Shown: positions 60,143 to 64,000 of the stretch, in pieces
Position numbering within the stretch: position 1 is the stretch's first letter
Layout: the number at the start of each line of letters is the position of its first letter
Assembly (NCBI GenBank): GCA_020343615.1
Contig: CP070803.1
Span: 855,273 to 919,272 of the forward strand
Direction of reading: 5' to 3'
Source: Candidatus Woesearchaeota archaeon
Lineage (GTDB): Archaea; Nanobdellota; Nanobdellia; UBA10117; GCA-020343615
DNA length: 64,000 nt
Notes under the pieces: generated by a model
Told to the model about the DNA's origin: nothing
What the model saw: only the letters and a program-made list of their open reading frames with translations
The model's database searches: none
Translations under genes and position numbers: made by a program

Positions 60143-61153
60143 TTATTTTTGAGAGAGTAAATTAGCTAGTTCTTTTGCATCTATATTCACTCGAGAGCGG
60201 TTGATAATTACTTCAAGCCTTTCGTAAGCTTGATTTTCTCTTACTATACCTTCAACTATAATTTCTTTACCAAGTAAAAAATTATTAATCTTTTCCTTTA
60301 GTTCTTCAGGATTCTCTTCAGATAATTTGTCAAGTTCTTCATTTAAACCCATTAAAATCTGAGCTGTTTTTCCAAAAGATACGCATCTCACTGTGGCTGT
60401 ACCATCATCTAAAACGAAATTAAAGACCACTGAAGTTCCGGGTTCTACCTTTCCGTGTTCTTCACACTCTCCTTCATCATCTACTCTTTTTCTGCATTCA
60501 GGACACATTTGATAGAAATAAGGATCAAATAATTGAACAACTACGCCTCTGGTTTTAATAGAATCGCCAACTTCTATGTCTTTTATTTCCACTTCTTTGG
60601 ATTCTGGTACTTCTCTTTCTTTTATGTCTGCTACTTCTACTTTAACGTTTTCAGGATTTATTATTATTTGACTGTTCATGTTGAGGTGTATTTCTCTCTC
60701 TCCTCTTAGGTTCTTCTTAGCGTAACCATTCTTCACTCGAATAATATCTCCTTCCTTTATTTTCCCTTGACCAATTAATTCAACTCTTTCATCCCATATG
60801 ACTATTCTTATTGTCCCTGTTTTGTCTGCCATGATAAAAGAAGCAACTGTGCCTTTCTTTCTTCCTTTCTCCCAATGCCTTGGTTGAAATACTCTGGTAA
60901 CTTTACCAACAATATCTACAGACTGCATTCCGCCAGAAACATTTTCTACTTTTATCTGGCTCTTTTTTATGCTATCTAATAAACTAACACCTAATTCATT
61001 GGCTACTATATACGCTGCTCCTTCTTCAGAAACTAATCCCTCGAGGCTGTTTATTTTTTCCTTAATTTTCGAGTTTATCTCTTTTTCAGATAGATTAGTC
61101 TCTTTTTTTATTCTACTAATTACCTCAGAAACTGGTATCTGTAGCATTATCAT
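60143..61153 (-). CDS. replication protein A-like ssDNA-binding protein (OB folds plus zinc finger)
   Basis: 336 aa with OB-fold-like segments and CPECRKRV...CEEHG zinc motif. Confidence 0.65.
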   Translation of the reverse strand: MIMLQIPVSEVISRIKKETNLSEKEINSKIKEKINSLEGLVSEEGAAYIVANELGVSLLDSIKKSQIKVENVSGGMQSVDIVGKVTRVFQPRHWEKGRKKGTVASFIMADKTGTIRIVIWDERVELIGQGKIKEGDIIRVKNGYAKKNLRGEREIHLNMNSQIIINPENVKVEVADIKEREVPESKEVEIKDIEVGDSIKTRGVVVQLFDPYFYQMCPECRKRVDDEGECEEHGKVEPGTSVVFNFVLDDGTATVRCVSFGKTAQILMGLNEELDKLSEENPEELKEKINNFLLGKEIIVEGIVRENQAYERLEVIINRSRVNIDAKELANLLSQK

Positions 61154-61187
61154 CTAGCAATTACTACTTAAGTTTAAAAAGTTTTGT

Positions 61188-62537
61188 TTAGAAAACCTCA
61201 CTAAATTTTCTTATTTTGCTTCTTATGGCTGAGGGATCTTCTCCTCCGTGCCATGAAAATCTTGGTCTTGTTCTCATAGGATATATCTTTTCTGAATTAT
61301 CATCAAGGATTATACCTGCTCCTTTAACTCTTGGAAGATTATCTATGTATCTAGTGATATTAAAAGTCAAATAATTCTGCATTATTTCATCAAGTGCATC
61401 TAAATCCAGCTTAGCAGTTAGTCTATGTGATAAAACTATATCTGCCTGCGTTAATACATCTGTATGAATTTTTCCGGGTTGCTGGGTTGCTAATACCATA
61501 CTTATTCCAGGTTGCCTTCCTTCCCTCAATAATTGAACTAAACTATATGTTGCTAAGGTTTCTCCTACTCTTGGTAGGAATTCATGAGCTTCGTCTATCA
61601 TTACCCAAACCATTGGGGCCTTTTTCCCTGCCGAAGCTCCGATCTCTCCTGTTAAAAAAGAACCCTCTGAAATTAATTCTACTTCTTCTCCTTTTCTTGC
61701 TACTAATCTTTTCTGCAATATTTTTTTACACACTATGCCTATAACTAGTGCTTTAATTGTTTCTCCTCCTTCTACTTCTGAATATGCAGATAAATCTAGA
61801 ACTGTTAATTGACCTCCTTTTAACATATCTTCTGTATCTGTTGCTTTTTCTGAAAAAATACCCCAATTTTCTATTGACTCAAACCTGTTTATTAGCACTT
61901 TTTTTATTCTTTCTGTTGGAGCCTTTTTTTCAATTAGGTTAATTATATCTAAAAGTGAAAATGTATCCCCGTGCTCTTCTTTTGCTGTGTCTAATATCTT
62001 TTGTAAAAATAACCCTTCTTCAGATAATAGGTTTATATCGAAAATTTTACAAAATTGTTCTGCTCCTAATTCTGCTGGTCTTATTGAAAATGGTTCATCT
62101 ACTGCGACTCCTTTATCTTGATACTCATTGAATAAATCAACAGGACAATAGATTATAGGATTTAGTTCCTTAGGCTTCAAATCCCACTCATTTATCATTT
62201 TGTCATCTTTGTAATTAGGATATTTCATTGTCCAATAAATTCCCATGGTGTCAAAAATTAATGTGCTTATATTTTGAGCTATTTCTTCTGGTAACTTAGC
62301 TAAACCTTCTGCTATAACTCCCATACTATAAGACTTGCCTGCTCCTCTTTTACCATCTATAAGAATTATATGCGGTCTAACAGCATCTAGATAAATAGGA
62401 GTTGATAAGGATTTGATTTTACCCATAGTCACGTATTGCTTTCCTATGTAAATAGTGCCTTCTTCACCGAATTTCTTCAAGTCTGTTTCATTACGACCAA
62501 TAATAATTTTTCTAGTCATTAAATAAAAGAAGCTCAT
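61188..62537 (-). CDS. HerA/DUF87-like P-loop ATPase
   Basis: Walker A GKRGAGKSY, Walker B ..VWVMIDEAHEF.. and ..VLSHRL.. sensor-like block. Confidence 0.6.
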   Translation of the reverse strand: MSFFYLMTRKIIIGRNETDLKKFGEEGTIYIGKQYVTMGKIKSLSTPIYLDAVRPHIILIDGKRGAGKSYSMGVIAEGLAKLPEEIAQNISTLIFDTMGIYWTMKYPNYKDDKMINEWDLKPKELNPIIYCPVDLFNEYQDKGVAVDEPFSIRPAELGAEQFCKIFDINLLSEEGLFLQKILDTAKEEHGDTFSLLDIINLIEKKAPTERIKKVLINRFESIENWGIFSEKATDTEDMLKGGQLTVLDLSAYSEVEGGETIKALVIGIVCKKILQKRLVARKGEEVELISEGSFLTGEIGASAGKKAPMVWVMIDEAHEFLPRVGETLATYSLVQLLREGRQPGISMVLATQQPGKIHTDVLTQADIVLSHRLTAKLDLDALDEIMQNYLTFNITRYIDNLPRVKGAGIILDDNSEKIYPMRTRPRFSWHGGEDPSAIRSKIRKFSEVF

Positions 62538-62607
62538 CTAAACATAAAAAAGTTTTTTGTTCTTAATGAGTAAACATTAAAAAAGAGTATTATTAAAATT
62601 CTTACGT

Positions 62608-62690
62608 GCCGTGGTGGCAGAATGGCTAATGCGCTCGATTCGAGATCGGGTGTCCTTACGGACGTGCAGGTTCGAGTCCTGCCCACGGCG
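62608..62690 (+). tRNA. tRNA-Ser (anticodon CGA)
   Basis: GCCGTGG/CCACGGC acceptor, G73, 3-bp D stem, CTCGA-TTCGAGA-TCGGG anticodon arm, long variable arm GTCC-TTAC-GGAC, GCAGG-TTCGAGT-CCTGC T arm. Confidence 0.9.
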
Positions 62691-62792
62691 CCTTATAAAG
62701 CGTTAGAGGTCGCTTAAGTCTAATAATTAACGGTGTTGAATTCTAATAATCTAATCAAAAATCTTTTATTGTTTATTACCGATTAATCTACT

Positions 62793-63617
62793 ATGGCAAT
62801 GATGCAAGTACCTATCCATGTACCTGGCGATAGGGAAGCAGTTATTGAATTTCTGAAGAAGAACAATATAAAGTATGTTACTCGTGGCGGGCAGATTATA
62901 GTCAAGAATACTTACATACATCTTGATGCTTACGGAGCATTTGGTAACAGGCTGGGTTTTTATTCTGATTTTGCCAGAGACGGCGAAGGTAGACCCGTGA
63001 TAATAGGCCGTGTCAATTATGGAAAATGTATGCCATTCAGAGAGCAGGTTAAATTATTCAATGCTATGAAAGGGGCGATTATGAAGAGCAGAGAGGAACA
63101 TTACAAAGAAACAGAAGAGAAATTAAAAAAAGCTAAAGAAGTGATGGGTTTTGAGAATAACATTCTGAATGAAGAGCACCAGCTTGAAGAACAGATTAGA
63201 AAAACAATTGGTTTTATTTCTCATCTTCAGAAGATTCTACCAAAGGCAACATTTTTTGAAGGAAATCATAAAAACATAGACCATGGTGTTCTAGCTGGAC
63301 ATATCTCGATGTTAAATGATATTCTTAATTATCTTAAGGATGAGGAAATAGAGTCAGTGCATATCTTCAAAGATACTCGTAAGTCTATAACAATAAAAAA
63401 AGAGAAAAAAGAATTGAAAATACAGAAGAAACACTTGAAGAAATTATTGTCAAAATTGAATAAGTTTGTTAAAGAAGTAAAATACTTCTTGAAAGTGTGG
63501 GTAAAGGATTTCCAGATTACTGCTCCAATGCGTAAGGACCTTAGAGAATACTACGAAAAGGTATTATATGTATACAGTCACTATGTTGAATTATTTGCAA
63601 AAGAAATTAAAAAATAG
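62793..63617 (+). CDS. hypothetical protein (N-terminal part with atypically GC-rich codons)
   Basis: 274 aa ORF. No recognisable motif. Confidence 0.3.
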   Translation: MAMMQVPIHVPGDREAVIEFLKKNNIKYVTRGGQIIVKNTYIHLDAYGAFGNRLGFYSDFARDGEGRPVIIGRVNYGKCMPFREQVKLFNAMKGAIMKSREEHYKETEEKLKKAKEVMGFENNILNEEHQLEEQIRKTIGFISHLQKILPKATFFEGNHKNIDHGVLAGHISMLNDILNYLKDEEIESVHIFKDTRKSITIKKEKKELKIQKKHLKKLLSKLNKFVKEVKYFLKVWVKDFQITAPMRKDLREYYEKVLYVYSHYVELFAKEIKK

Positions 63618-63624
63618 GTTTTGG

Positions 63625-63987
63625 TTACTTTGTGAAGTCAGACATATCATTCACTAAGTCTTCTATTTTGTGCTTAAGACTAAAGTTACTTCCTGTTTCA
63701 GAAACATAAAACTGCATATCAACACAGTGAGTTAGACTTAACATATTCAGGATATTGCTAAGGTTACTTACTGTTTTTTTATCCTGTTTTGTAACAATTT
63801 TATCAGAACCATATTGTTTTTTTATCCCTTCATAAGATTTTTCAATTACTCCATAAATCTCATTTGCTTTATTTAGAGGTAATGACCCTAGAATCCCTGG
63901 ATAGATATTATCATAAGAAGGTGTTTCACATTCTAAGAGTTGTTTAGTTAATTCTTTTGTTTCACCAGAAAACATAGTCTTTTGCAT
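63625..63987 (-). CDS. hypothetical protein
   Basis: 120 aa ORF. No recognisable motif. Confidence 0.3.
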   Translation of the reverse strand: MQKTMFSGETKELTKQLLECETPSYDNIYPGILGSLPLNKANEIYGVIEKSYEGIKKQYGSDKIVTKQDKKTVSNLSNILNMLSLTHCVDMQFYVSETGSNFSLKHKIEDLVNDMSDFTK

Positions 63988-64000
63988 CCTAATATATCAC

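Overview
This is an AT-rich (about 30% GC by eye, not computed), very gene-dense archaeal chromosome segment. It looks like a small-genome, DPANN-like archaeon. The archaeal assignment rests on these genes: the RNA polymerase operon (rpoH, B'', B', A', A'', L30e, NusA), family-B DNA polymerase, FEN1, RadA, RPA, GGGP synthase, aEF-1beta, TruD, a histone-fold protein and an S-layer-like protein. Many genes have GGAGGTGA-type Shine-Dalgarno sequences and overlap their neighbours by 1-8 nt. I call about 80 CDS (three of them small ORFs missing from the track), 6 tRNA genes, a 5-copy 25-nt repeat family and a few terminator or regulatory candidates. I saw no rRNA, CRISPR array, transposase or integrase. 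Main second-look items: (1) rpoB' and rpoA' each carry a single in-frame TAA inside conserved sequence, while every other long gene is intact. (2) Three of the six tRNA genes contain introns, five in total. tRNA-Leu(UAA) and tRNA-Pro(GGG) each have two introns with hand-drawable bulge-helix-bulge (BHB) motifs and an implied splicing order. A free-standing LAGLIDADG endonuclease gene starts 6 nt after tRNA-Leu. (3) A 25-nt repeat sits just past the stop codons of accessory or hypothetical genes and brackets cassette-like blocks. One block lies next to a tRNA-Tyr that has a degenerate partial duplicate. (4) A P-type ATPase has AKTGT instead of the catalytic DKTGT. (5) An accessory block at 29.6-34.3 kb consists almost entirely of unrecognisable ORFs. 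All calls come from reading the sequence and motifs by eye. No database search, covariance model or folding program was run.
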